Source: Octopus sinensis (lineage: Eukaryota). From it: a DNA stretch of 64,000 nucleotides. Positions 27,423 through 40,614 of the stretch are shown one piece after another. Within the stretch, counting starts at the first letter, position 1, and each line of letters opens with the position of its first letter. The stretch covers positions 21,142,001 to 21,206,000 of the forward strand of contig NC_043021.1 in assembly GCF_006345805.1 (NCBI RefSeq), in the 5' to 3' direction. The notes beneath the pieces are model-generated. The model worked only from the letters and a program-made list of their open reading frames with translations. It was not told the origin of the DNA and ran no database searches. The position numbers were made by a program, and so were the translations under genes.

Positions 27423-27634
27423 CATGAGATGGTGCTGAAAAGTTCCTGGTTTTGGGTAAAAGAAAATACAGGAGGATGAGTTAACTGTGATTTTGTTCGA
27501 CATATTCCCCTCTCAGATTCACACACTTATTGCGGCAGTTCTTCAGTTTTTCTGTAAAAGAACTCAGAAGATTGTGCTCCCAACCAGGCCTTTCACAATA
27601 CCCTTAAAGCCAGGGACTTTCAGTACCTCCTTAT
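27423..27634. mobile_element. Mariner-derived MITE
   Basis: Imperfect TIRs GGTGCTGAAAAGTTCCTGGTTTT / AAAGCCAGGGACTTTCAGTACC. Confidence 0.7.
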
Positions 27635-27844
27635 ACATGTGTTTATTTTTTTATGACTGTTTTTTTTTCTTGCTAGTATAGGTTAGACAAATGGATTACT
27701 GAGTCATTGAGGATTTCCTTTCTGTTATTAACCCTTGTTTTCCAAAGAAAATATATCTTATTTCTAATATTTTTAAAGGTAGGGGAAAATAACATCAAGG
27801 TTTCTGTCTGTAGCTGATCATTATTTGGAAATGTACAAAAATAA

Positions 27845-27875
<31 letters not shown>

Positions 27876-28584
27876 TGTGTAGACATGGTTGTGTGGTTGA
27901 GAAGTTTGCTTCACAACCTGATGGTTTTGGGTTCAGTCACACCGTGTGGAACCTTCAGTTAGTGTTTTCTGATATAGTCCTGGGACCAAAGCCTTATCGT
28001 ATGATTGGATGGTCGTGCATTGATGCTGATTAAACAGACTTGTGTTCAAGGGGCTGCAGCCCTAGTCATCCTGTTTTTTTTTCTTCTCTCTAGATAAAAT
28101 GCTTCCTCTAGAAATACATCATCCAATGTTTTTCTGTTTTAAGATAGAAATACATGATTTGAGAGACTTGGTTGTTATTTCTGGCAGCTCAAATGAACAC
28201 ACATTGGGTCATGTTTGTGTGTGTATGTGTACAGTGTACATGTGTGTTCATACATATGTGTGTGCGCATGTGTTATGATGAATGTGTGCTTATGTCTTTG
28301 TGAAAATAGAGACCATAACAGCATACGTAATATTATCCCCATTGGGGGGAATTACTTACATGTTAATATGTCATTAATTTTCCCCATTTTCATAAAATTC
28401 AAATATGGTTTATTTCTTATTTTTGTTTTTCAATTTTAATTTTGTAAGTGCTGTATTCTGTTTCTTCATCATTTGATATAAAACACCCCCTGAAGAGATT
28501 TCAAATGGCTTGATTCTGTAAAGCTATTATCTCAAATGCTCTAAACTGTCATAAAATAATTTTTCATCTTCTTCGACTATTGCC

Positions 28585-28617
<33 letters not shown>

Positions 28618-29804
28618 TCTTTTTGCTATAGGCAGAAGGCCTGAAATTGTAGAGTAGGGGCCTAGTCGATTATATCGACTCAACCAGTACTTATTTTATC
28701 AACCCTAAAATGATGAAAGACAAAGTTGACCTCGGTGAATAATGACAATAATAATGGTTTCAAATTTTGGCACAATGCCAGCAATGTGGGGGGGAGGGGG
28801 AAGTGATTACATCTCCCCACATCCCCAACGCTCAAATTGTACTTTGTTTTATCAACTTTGGAATGATGAAAGGCAAAATTGATGTTGGTGACATGAGAAC
28901 TAAGAACATGAAGAGCTGAAAGAAGTATTGCTAAGCCTTCTGTCTGTTTGTCACATTAATGGTTTCAAATTCTGGCACCAGGCCAGCAATTTTCAGTGCG
29001 GTGGTGATGGTGGTGGTGAGCAAGACAATTATGTTATCCCTAATACTTGATTGGTATTTTATCAGCCTCAAGAGGAGGAAAGGCAAAGTTTACCTAGGTA
29101 GGATTTGAACTCAGAACATAGTCAGAAGAAATATCTCAAAACAGTTTCTGATGTGCTAATGATTCTGCCAGCGAGCTGGCAAAAACCTTTATTCAGTTAC
29201 TTCATAATAAAAAGGATAAGGATAATACACAATCAGAAAACCCTGTCTAGCCAAGAAAATATATTACCTTACTTGGAAACAAGTGAGGCCTGACAAGATG
29301 AAGGGCATCTGGCTGTTGAAAATCTGCCTTGACAAATTGTGTCTGATCCATGGAAGCAAGGGAAACTGGGCATTAAATGAAGTTATATATCATCATCATC
29401 ATCGTTTAGCGTCCGCTTTCCATGCTAGCATGGGTTGGACGGTTCAACTGGGGTCTGGGAAGCCAGAAGGCTGCACCAGGCCCAGTGTGATCTGGCAATG
29501 TTTCTACGGCTGGATGCCCTTCCTAACGCCAACAACTACATGAGTGTAGTGGGTGCTTTTTACGTGCCAACGGCACAGGTGCCAGATGAGGCTGGCAAAC
29601 GGCCACAAACGGATGGTGCTTTTTACGTGCCACCGGCACGAGGCCAGTCAGGGCGGCGCTGGCAACGGCCACGTTCGGATGGTTCTCTTACGTTCCACCG
29701 GCACTGGTATCTCAGCTGCAATTTCCATTGATCGATTTCGATTCTGATTCTCACTTGTCTCAACAGGTCTTCACAAGTAGAGTTCTGTGTCACAAGTAGA
29801 GTTT

Positions 29805-29837
<33 letters not shown>

Positions 29838-29893
29838 GCACACATATATATAAATCAAAGTATACAATATTATATATCCATTATAGCCGATTT

Positions 29894-29971
29894 TACCAAC
29901 TGGTTTCACACTATGGGTTCAACAGAGTGTTAGGTAAATCCAATTATGTAACCCTGCACTCATCAGAGGTA
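29894..29971 (-). ncRNA. Candidate type-I hammerhead ribozyme with long stem II (decayed)
   Basis: UACCU-CUGAUGA-GUGCAGGGUU..AACCCAUAGUGU-GAAA-ccag-UU-GGUA. Confidence 0.55.
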
Positions 29972-30559
29972 GCCGTTAGGGAAATATGTATCCCATTGGT
30001 AGGCTGCTGGTATATAATCTTAGTTACTTAAGTGAAGTCTCTTTATTCTGATGGCCAAATGTATAGTGGTTAACACCTCTGTTACTGCTTATAGATGTGG
30101 CATTTGAATCCTTTGGGTGATATTACTTTTTTTCCATTTTTTTTTCTATTATGAATTTATATTAAACAATTTTAATGCTATGAAATCATATTTTACAATA
30201 TATTAACTGAATGGTTTATGTTATAGTAGGTTATTGCAAATAGAAATAGAATTTTAAGTAGTACTACATTTGTATAAGACATGCCGTTTTTTTGTATTTT
30301 TAATTGTATCAAAAAAATTACCTGCCTAACCCTAACCAAAACCCTGATGAGACAGCATTACAGATGGGAGATTGAGCATTGCAGGCTAGGGAGCTAAATG
30401 AGCATAAGTCTGATATGTGCAATAGTTGTTAATAATAGATAAAAGATATTGAAAACAAGCCAAAATATTACTATGTGTTTGTTCAAATGTATGAAACATT
30501 GTTTATGGTACATTGACATATATGTGGGAGCCACATCATCTCATTATACCGTCTTCCTC

Positions 30560-30961
30560 TCTCTTTACTCTTTTACTTGTTTCAGTCATTTGACTGCGGC
30601 CATGCTGGAGCACCACCTTTAGTCGAGCAAATCGACCCCGGGACTTATTCTTTGTAAGCCCAGTACTTATTCTATCGGTCTCTTTTGCCGAACCGCTAAG
30701 TGACGGGGACATAAACACACCAGCATCGGTTGTCAAGCAATGCTAGGGGGACAAACACAGGCACACACACACATACATATATATATATACATATATACGA
30801 CAGGCTTCTTTCAGTTTCCGTCTACCAAATCCACTCACAAGGCATTGGTCGGCCCGGGGCTATAGCAGAAGACACTTGCCCAAGATGCCACGCAGTGGGA
30901 CTGAACCCGGAACCATGTGGTTGGTTAGCAAGCTACTTACCACACAGCCACTCCTGCGCCT
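30560..30961 (-). mobile_element. SINE family A copy
   Basis: Full length, close to consensus. Confidence 0.9.
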
Positions 30962-31448
30962 CTGCATACATAATCAACACCTAATTTGAGTCATTCATTA
31001 TATAATGAATTTGTTGCTTCTGAGAAACTGTGTTTTGTTAATTGTCTAAATTAAAAATTCTAGAAAGATGAAATGAATGTTAAACTTTGATTTACCAGTC
31101 AGCTATTTGCAATGAGTGAATGACAGCAAAATCATTGTGGTGCTGTGACACCCTAGTGGCTGACCATAGTTACATAGAACATCAGAAGCAGAAACACAAG
31201 TTTTCATCTTATATCACAGTTCACTTGAACAAAATATAAACAACTATGCAGTTGAACTATGGTACTAATATATTCTTCAATTTGTTTCAGTCATTTGACT
31301 GCAGCCATGTTGGAACACCACCTTAAGGGGTTTTTTTTTAGGCGAACAAATCAACCCCAGGACTTATTCTTTATAAGCCTAGTACTTATTCTTTTGGTCT
31401 CTTTTGCCAAACTGGGGGGGGGGGACAAACATAGATACAAACACACAA

Positions 31449-31479
<31 letters not shown>

Positions 31480-32119
31480 CATACACACACACACATACAT
31501 GATGGGCTTCTTTCAATTTCCATCTACCAAATCCACTCTCAAGGCTTTGGTCTGCCCAAGGCTATGGTAGAAGACACTTGCCCAAGGTGCAATTAACTCG
31601 GAACCATGTTACCACACAGTCATCAATTTACGGTTTCATCATCATCATCGTTTAGCGTCCGCTTTCCATGCTGGCATGGGTTGGACGGTGCAACTGGGGT
31701 CTGGGAAGCCAGAAGGCTGCACCAGGCCCAGTCTGATCTGGCAGTGTTTCTATGGCTGGATGCCCTTCCTAACGCCAACCCTTATTCAACATTGTCACAT
31801 TATTGTACTTACTTGCACCGAATCATAAATTTTTCACTACAGAAATATTTTATGATGAAACACAAAATTCTTTTCCCTACAAAACATCCTTGTAAAATAG
31901 GGGTGCATCATCTTATGCAAGGGTGCATCTTCTATGATGGCAAATACGATAAATGGTTTTGTAGCAGTGTATATATTGCAATGAACAAGCAGAAACTAAA
32001 ATTTGAACTCAGAACCATGAAGTACTGAAATCATGCAATTCCTTCATTCTTTTTTCATATCAAAACTACTGTTTATAATCTAATAAAATTTTCTCCAGAC
32101 TCAGAGATTTCTGTCATCG

Positions 32120-32815
32120 TGTGTGTGTATATGAGTGAGCAAATGAGGGTGTGTGTGTGTGTATGCATATGCATGTCAGTGTGTAAATATGTATGTACAA
32201 TGTTGTGTGTGTGTGTACGTGTACATACACACAGATAAATATACTTGCATGTCCGTATGTGTATATACATATATAAATATATATGTATATAATTATATAT
32301 GCATGCTTGTATATAAGTATATATGTATGTATATATAAGCGTATATATGTATGTATATATATATATGTGTATATATGTATGTATATATATATATGTGTAT
32401 ATATGTATATATATATATATGTGTATATATGTATGTATATATATATATGTGTATATATGTGTATATATGTATGTATATATATATATGTGTATATATGTAT
32501 ACATATGTATATATATAAGTATATATGTGTACATATAAGTATATATATATAAGTATATATATGTGTGTTTGTGTGTGTATATATATATATATGTATATAT
32601 GTATGTATGTATGTATATATGTATGTATGTATGTATATATGTATGTATGTATGTATATATGTATGTATGTATGTATATATGTATGTATGTATATATGTAA
32701 GTATGTATGTATATATGTAAGTATGTATGTATATATGTATATGTATATATATAAGTATATATATATGTATATATATAAGCATATATGCATGCTTGTACAT
32801 AAGTATGCATTATAT
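32120..32815. repeat. Compound (TA)/(TG)/(TATG) microsatellite field
   Basis: Directly visible; similar fields at ~16680-17130 and ~22860-24290. Confidence 0.9.
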
Positions 32816-34257
32816 ACATTGTGGCATGTCACAATGTATTTTTTGTTTCATGAAAGTGAGAAGAAAACAAAACAAAAATGTAATTGCATCCTGATTAACT
32901 TGGTGACAGTATAAATTGTAGATGGAGCTAAATGGAGGGAGCTTCTGTTCCAATTTGCTCACTTCACATAAATGGAAACCAGACATTAATTCTACAGAGC
33001 CATGTGGTGAAAATTTGTGTGCAGTGAAGTATCGTTGAAAATATCTAAGAGTTAACCACTTAAGTCATAAAATGTCTAAGAACTTCAATTATGAAGTCAA
33101 GACTCTGTATGCTGAGATGTGCTGTGTTGCATCTTCCCTTCTTTGAAAATATATATTCATAAAAGCAACATGTCTATGTACGTAGTGGTGTGTGTTTTCC
33201 TTCTTTGCTTTTATTTTTTTCCTGCATATACCAGATAGTGAAATAATTTTTTTTTGTCTTCAAATTACATACATTTTGAATGAAAACAAAAAAAAGTGAG
33301 TTAATTTTCATAAAGTCTGAAAAATAAAAAGATGAAAATAAATAACTTCTTCGTTGAACTTGTTAAAACTTTAACAACTGATTGGCAGATATAGAAAGAC
33401 CAAAATAAAAAAATTTCAAAAAATAGGTATTAAAAAAAAAACTCACCATATCTAATGATTGAATTCTATTGCAGAAAATTGTTATATAATGATATAACAA
33501 AAAAGAAAAAAAACAAACTCAGGTAAAAAAAAAAATACTTGAAATATGACAATAATGAAAAGTGAAAGCAATCCATTGTAAATGTTATGTTATTTAAAAA
33601 AATGAAAAAATTCTCTCAATGAGGTTTACCTGAATACTATTGGGTAGAAAAACATCTTGAGATTTTCGGGTTGAGGCCCTTCATTTATGATGAATAAAGT
33701 TTGAGAAAAGATTAATGATCATCTCTGCCTTGCGGTAGCAGCTAATGATAGAGCTTGTGCATAAAGTAGATAGATCTGTCTTTGTCAGTTTGACTTGTTT
33801 AGTGAAGGAAGGTACAAGTTTGATCGTGTGGTTAAGAAGATTTGTTCATGGTCCCACATTTCCAGGTTCAACCCCACTACGTGTTACTATAAGTGTTCTT
33901 CTAATATAGCAATTCCTTATGAATGGAATTTGATAGATGGAAACTGTACAGAAGTTTATCATGTGTATATGTATATGTAACGACAAAAATAGAGGTAGAG
34001 AAAATCACATCTTTAATTGTAATTTGATGTATATTAGTGTGTATATATGTTTCTGTGCATGTAGCTGTAAGCAATATATATATATATATATATAAATCAA
34101 TAAATGGTGGGGTTGTGTTGACCGCATGTGGAGAAATGATAAGCAAGGAAAAATTGTAAAAAGGCGGAATGCTAAATTGAAAGAAAATTTTAATGGAAAT
34201 GGGTGTATGGAAAAATTTTTTTGAAAAATTGATAATATATATATATATATATATATT

Positions 34258-34300
34258 AATTCAAACCGGTTTTTCATCATAATGTGACTTTTCAAGAATT
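34258..34300 (-). ncRNA. Candidate minimal type-I hammerhead ribozyme (U3-A8 variant), copy 2
   Basis: AAUUC-UUGAAAA-GUCAcauuaUGAU-GAAA(A)-AccggU-UU-GAAUU, in the sense of the Penelope ORF, with palindromic loop CCGG. Confidence 0.6.
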
Positions 34301-34893
34301 GTAAAGAAAAAAATTTTTTAAAAGTGTGGACGGGGAAAAAGAAAATTACATTGTTTTTTGCAAAAAAATAATAATAAATATATACAAAAATTAAAAAATA
34401 GGTACTCCGATACATTGTAAAGTCTTCGTGTATCTTGAGTTTAATGATAGTTCACGAAAAAATTACCTTGAGGTATTGAGATCCAATGGGATTAAATCCA
34501 TGTTTTGTTTAATTTAACTAAGGGTGTCTCAAAACAAGAAGTAGTAGTAGTCCACTTCCTGTGTTGTGAATAAGGGGAGACAACTCTATGGGTTTTAAGC
34601 TCTTCAATTTGTGTTTATCATTTTTTGTAATAAAGGGTGTTAATAAACCTTAAATTATAAAATTATCATTTTAGCTTCATTTGCATTATTTTTTTTATAT
34701 AATTGTTTGCTAACTTAACATTCAGATTTTAACACTTTATTTATATTGTTTTCTAATTATATAAATTTGCATAAACCAATTCATAATTACATTTCAGATT
34801 GTTATGTCATATATAATAAAAATAATAATAATAATGATATTTAAAGAATATAAGTTTTAGCTTGAAGTGATGACTGCATGGTATCCTTATATA

Positions 34894-35127
34894 CAAGGTG
34901 GTGAGCTGGCAGAAACGTTAGCACGCCGGGCGAAATGCGTAGCCGTATTTCGTCAACCGCTACGTTCTGAGTTCAAATTCCGCCGAGGTCAACTTTGCCT
35001 TTCATCCTTTCGGGGTCGATAAGTTAAGTAGCAGTTACGCACTGAGGTCGATGTAATCGACTTAATCCGTTTGTCTGTCCTTGTTTGTCCTCTCTGTGTT
35101 TAGCCCCTTGTGGGTAGTAAAGAAATA
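34894..35127 (+). mobile_element. SINE family D with 14-bp TSD inside the Penelope 3' UTR
   Basis: TSD ggtatccttatata at 34880-34893 and 35128-35141; the empty site is present in the other Penelope copy (~26708). Confidence 0.95.
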
Positions 35128-37389
35128 GGTATCCTTATATATTTGTGTTAGTCCATCCATGAAGAATGAGGTAGAAAAAAGAAGTATGATCAATGAGGAG
35201 TTTGCATATTAAGATGCGTTTTGAATTTTTCAATAAAGGGATTCTCCTTGTTAATTCTCTCCTGTGTGGTGATTCCGTCTTTACATTGGTAGAAGGGAAT
35301 ATGTAGAATTTGGGATTTTTGTCTTTAGCGCATGAGTCTATGTGGTCACTCAGTGGGATTTGCTGGTATTCCGAGAGATTTATTTGTTATTTATGCACCG
35401 CTACTCTTTTACGTAACGGGAGGCTCGTTTGTACAACATAATTATGTTGGTAACCAGTGCATGTGAGAATGTAGATAAAGTTCTCGGAGGAACAGGAGAA
35501 GTTGGTCTTGATTTTAAACTTCGTTCCTTGTTTGAAGATAAATTCAGAGCCTTCAAGTAGGAAGGGGCAGGTGCCACAGTTTGGGTGTGCACATTTTTTA
35601 ACTGCTGGGGGTGGATGTGGTGTGTGAAGTTTGGCATTTGTCAAGAGTTTTTTTTAAGATTTGTGTTGCCTTTTACATTTGAGGATTTTGTGTGTATTTA
35701 TGTTTTTCATTTTTGGGTCTGTTGACAGTAGACTGAGGTTTTGTATGATTGTTGTGTATGCTTCGATATTTTTGGGGTTGTAGGTAGAAATGTATGGAAG
35801 TATTTTGGGGTTGTGTGTGGTGTTGGGTTGGGTGGTTTTCAGTGTAATGTTGTCTAGTTCTTTGGTGCATTTTATTCCATACTCTATAAGGGTGGAGGGA
35901 TATTGGCATTGTAATAGTGTTTTTTTGAGGTCTTGAAGGCGTATTTCTCGAGTTTTTGGAACCGAGACAATGGTGCATACCCTTTTAGCTAAGTTAAAAG
36001 GGATATTTGTCTTGGTGTGTTTTGGGTGGCATGAACTAAAGAGGAGGTATTGTTGTGAGTCTGTAGGTTTGTGGTAGATGTCTGTTATGATTTGGTTCTT
36101 AGGTGTTTTTATAATTAGGAGATCAAGGAAAGGGAGATGATGTTTGCTTAATTCCATAGTGAATTGGATGTTGGGATGTATGTTGTTCAGTATGGTTTTG
36201 AATTCCAGAAACTTTTCATAAGATTCTTTCCATATGATGAAACAATCATCCAAATACCTTTTCCAGTTTTCCATTAGGTAGGTGTGGAAAACATGTCCAA
36301 ATTTCTGGCGTGATATCTCATAGAGTGATAGTTCGAAGAAACCCATTATGAGGTTTGCAAGGACTGGCGCAAGCCTTGGTACCCATCGCAATACCACATT
36401 TTTGATGGTAGTGTGTGTTGTCGAAGAGGAAATAATTGTTTGTCAGAATGAACTTGAGTGTTCCGTAATAAAGGTCTTGTGAATGCGGTCAGGGAATGTC
36501 TCTGGGTGTTTTTCTAGCCAGAAATCAATTGCCTCAATACCATATTCATGTGGGATGTTGGTGTAGAGGTTGATGACATCAAAGGATACCAGGAGCGCCT
36601 CCTCGTTAACTGTTTTCGGGAGGTGTTTGAGCATGTCCAGATCATCCCTAATGAAACTTTTGATGTGGGTAAGGAAAGGTTTCAAAAGGATGTCTAGGAA
36701 ATTACTCAGGCGGTGATATATATATATAATATATATATATATATAGGTAGATAGGTATGTATAAAGGGGCTCTGTAAAGTGTGACACATAACCAATGATT
36801 GGGTTCAGTGGCTAGTGTAGTATGGCATGTATTTATTGTGGGACACTGATCAGTGGAAGTGCACAATGGCCTAAAATTTCTAAAACCTATGTAATTATTT
36901 CAGAATTTTGATGAAACCTGTATAGCATTAAATACCAAACCTGTTTTCTGCTTATTATGTGTTTGTGTGCATATATTTATGTGTGTATGTATGCAAAATT
37001 CAGGGTTAAGAAGTTTGCCCACTCAATTCAATTATCATGGTCTTGATTTTCATTTAGAGAGTATCCAATAATGATATAAGCCATTTTAGAACAATATTAA
37101 TATATATTTTAACGGCATAGACAAACGTGGAAGGAAAGAGCTCATTACTCTTCAAATGGCCCCCAAGACTGCTGGGAAGAGAGGGAAGGAGGAAGTTATT
37201 CTCCGATGAGAGATCTGGCCTGAATGCTTACAACAGAGTGAATTCTGCTGAAAGTACCTGAGAGTCAGGTGTTATTAAACCAGGTAACAGAATCTAGAGG
37301 GTATTAGATAAAGAAATGAGATTATATGATGCACAACCTATGTCACTGAGGAGCATTATCAATGCACTGAAGGCAGACATGGTAGACTT

Positions 37390-37801
37390 GGTGAGCTGGC
37401 AGAAACGTTAGCACGCCGGGCGAAATGTGTAGCTGTATTTTGTCTGCCGTTATGTTCTGAGTTCAAATTCCACCGAGGTCGACTTTGCCCTTCATCCTTT
37501 CGGGGTCGATAAATTAAGTACCAGTTACGCACTGGGGTCGATGTAATCAACTCAATCCGTTTGCCTGTCCTTGTTTGTCCCTCTCTATGTTTAGCCCCTT
37601 GTGGGCAGTAAAGAAATAAGTATTTCGTCTGCCGCTACGTTCTGAGTTCAAATTCCGCCGAGGTTGACTTTGCCCTTCATCCATTCGGGGTCGATAAATT
37701 AAGTACCAGTTACGCACTGGGGTCGATGTAATCGACTTAATCCGTTTGTCTGTCCTTGTTTGTCCTCTCTGTGTTTAGCCCCTTGTGGGTAGTAAAGAAA
37801 C
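37390..37801 (+). mobile_element. SINE family D dimer with TSD
   Basis: TSD catggtagacttggt at 37378-37392 and 37802-37816; the second unit starts at ~37621. Confidence 0.9.
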
Positions 37802-38288
37802 CATGGTAGACTTGGTCAGCTGAACACTACATTTGCTATCCCTTTTTATTTAGTCAGTGGTTTGCATCTTAAAGTTGTTTGGTGTAAGTAAGGCTATTGA
37901 TGTCACAGCTGTTTCTGTGTATATGTGTTATATTTATTTGGACCAAGTGAGAAAGATGGTGTTTTTAATACGTTGTTGAAGTAGTGCTCTGGGGTGTTGC
38001 GCATGTTTGGATATTTGGAAGTAAAATTTCTTGTAGTGATAGGGACTGTGAGGAGTTGAAACTTCAGTTACCCTTAGCTGATATTGTAAAAAATGGATCT
38101 GAGATAGCCAAAAGGGAAATGTGTAGTGTTTCTACTATCTCTTAGGTATAAAAACTACATGTAAGGTTTTAGCTATCATTAAATTAGGTGAGTCACATGT
38201 AGGGTTTTTTCTCTAAAAATCACATGAAGTTTATAACTACTATTTAATTATGAAAATTATGAATAAGCTTTTAAATTATGAGAATTAA

Positions 38289-38510
38289 CCCTTTTGCACT
38301 TAAACCAGCCACATCCGGCCCAAATATGCTACCTGTTTTATGTTCTAACCAGTCAGAGCCAGTCTATCTCACCTGCCCTTCAATGTTATTCTCAAAATGT
38401 ACAATCACATCATCGAAATTTCAAAGCTACAAAATAATGCATGATTAATTAAAAAAACAATGTGAATGAAAAAGTATTGCATTTGACAGAATAATCTGAA
38501 AATAAAAGAG
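38289..38510. mobile_element. TTAA MITE, diverged copy
   Basis: TTAA|CCCTTTTG..TAAAAGAG|TTAA; body matches 55922-56140. Confidence 0.8.
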
Positions 38511-38656
38511 TTAAATCTAGGGTTTTTGGGTAGTGTTAATTTATGATGATTATAATTTCAATAGCTAGAGGCCTAATCTGCATGCAAAATTGAAGAGTAT
38601 GCTTGTATGAGATGAACGGATCATATGCTGAGTGGAAAGGAGATATACATGCACGT

Positions 38657-38888
38657 AGGCGGCGAGCTGGCAGAAACGTTAGCACGCCGGGCGAAATGCG
38701 CAGCCGTATTTCATCTGCCATTATGTTCTGGGTTCAAATTCCGCCGAGGTCGAGTTTGCCTTTCATCCTTTTGGGGGTCGATAAATTAAGTACCAGTTAC
38801 GCACTGGGGTTGATGTAATCGACTTAATCCGTTTGTCTGTCCTTGTTTGTCCCCTCTATGTTTAGCCCCTTGTGGGTAGTAAAGAAAT
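38657..38888 (+). mobile_element. SINE family D with 16-bp TSD
   Basis: TSD agatatacatgcacgt at 38641-38656 and 38889-38904; A-box-like AGCTGGCAGAAACG and B box GGTTCAAATTCC. Confidence 0.93.
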
Positions 38889-40194
38889 AGATATACATGC
38901 ACGTGCACACACACACACTGTAGAAGGGGAAAATAATAACTGAGTTTAGAGGTAGGAAGGAAATATTTAAAACCAAGTAAGAATTGTTCAGTGAGAACTC
39001 GGAGAACAGGAATTCACTGATATGGAACTGCTAAGTAGATTCTTCCTAGCCTATGCTTACTTCAGAAATCTAGATATTTCTTCAAAAGTATTGATGATGA
39101 TGATAAAGAAAGATTAGTGCAGTAGTTTCTGTATCATTATGCTGGATAATTTCAATATTGCCAGCGTTATAATGTGAAGGAATATCTCGAAGAAACCAAT
39201 TACATAAAATTGCACTCTTACCAGAATTGTTCTCTTACCATTCAAGTTATTAAGCCCTGTTAAACACTGCATCTCCAATCCATTGGAAAGATTTCTTTCT
39301 GAGATTACGCATTATTGGCATAATCATCATCTTTGTCCTCATTATCATCTGTCTCATTTCTGACATTATTTTTGTGTATCATCATTTATACTATCTTTCC
39401 ATCAAAATCATCACAAATTTAAAAAAAAAAACACAAAATTATATTAAATATTTAATTAAGATTCCCTACTGCCATTAATTTTGATGCATTTCTCTCTTCT
39501 GTCAAGTTGTCTTTCCTTGGTTTGTCTTTATTACCATAATAAGCTCTGCTTTTTAAAGTACCAAATTTTTCCATCTTCACTTATCCTTCATGTTGTCTCT
39601 CACTCCAAAATGAGACAGCCCGAGCTAGACTAGTGTCCTACCTAAATGATGGAAATGTAAGATTTACCTGTCATTAAAATACATCTACCTCTGTAAAATC
39701 TAAAGATTTTTGGCACTGTTCCCATTAAACAATAGAAATCCATACAGATATTAGCTAGAACTAGATCCAAATGTTGAATGTAGCCTTCCCTCATTAAAAG
39801 AGAAAAACCACTTGGTTTTGGGTTGAGTCCCACTGCATAGAATCTTAGACAAGAATCTTCGATAGCCTTGAGTTGGTCAAAGATTTGTGGGTGAATTCAG
39901 TGGACAGAAACCGAAAGAAGCCTGTTGTGTGTTTGATTACATTTGTGAACCATGAAAATTATGAGCTACAAGTGTTGCTGTTAGTTATCATGTCAACAAA
40001 TCATCTGCTAGCTTTATACTCTGAAGATGAGTGAAATAAGAGATCTCTTATTATTTGAAAAACAGGTATGGTTTAGCAACAAGAATGACAACTGGCTGAA
40101 AAACAATGCTTCAATAATATGATATTCATCTAAGCCATGTTAAATTGGAAAAAACAGATATTAAACAAACAAATGATATCTATCTATACACATG

Positions 40195-40225
<31 letters not shown>

Positions 40226-40233
40226 TATATATA

Positions 40234-40582
40234 TCTTTATATATAAAAGTAAGGTTGTGTATCTGTCTCCTACGATTTAGATTCCTAACTACTCCCACAT
40301 TCATATCGAGCCCTTCTGGGTATTAGCGCACGTCTACGATGAGTCTACGATTTTAAAAATAATTTACCATCATTTTTTCCATTTTAATGCATTTTTTCGC
40401 TATTATATAAGGGAAGTAACTCTCTAAAAAGTCTACGATGAGTCAACGATTTAAAAAAAATTTACCATAATTTTTTTCCCATTTTTAATGCATTTTTTTG
40501 TTATTTTTTGGCTATAACTCTCTAAAAATGCTTTATAGTTATTTTCCTTACAAACCTGAGCAACGCCGGGTGATACTGCTAG
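40234..40582 (+). mobile_element. Non-autonomous Helitron
   Basis: A|TCTTTATATATAAAAG start, subterminal hairpin CC(T)GAGCAACGCCGGG, CTAG|T end, no TSD, internal ~70-bp duplication. Confidence 0.85.

Positions 40583-40614
<32 letters not shown>

Larger units (their letters stand above)
34094..36713 (-). mobile_element. Penelope-like retroelement (Neptune-type), 5'-truncated and frameshifted: RT + Cys linker + GIY-YIG endonuclease + 3' UTR
   Basis: RT motifs VSFDVINLYTNIP, YHQKCGIAMGTK/APVLANL, WKRYLDDCF, FLDLLI, YHKPTDSQQYL..SCHP; linker CAHPNCGTC; GIY-YIG FIYILTC..NYV(G)QT..LRKR. Both ends abut (TA)n. Confidence 0.95.

Noticed and set aside
30320-30360. CTGATGAG motif next to cctaaccctaacc
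   Set aside because: No matching stem II or GAAA, and two telomere-like hexamers are too few to call an interstitial telomere.
33475-33522. Possible AG..GT micro-exon
   Set aside because: A-rich, short and unsupported by homology; such signals occur by chance.
33653-33692. Hammerhead-like AUGA-AGGG..CCC-GAAA on the minus strand
   Set aside because: The CUGA box is destroyed and stems I and III are poor; at best a dead relic.
37340-37380. CUGAGGA followed by a GCAUU/AAUGC stem
   Set aside because: No GAAA directly after the stem, so the core is incomplete.
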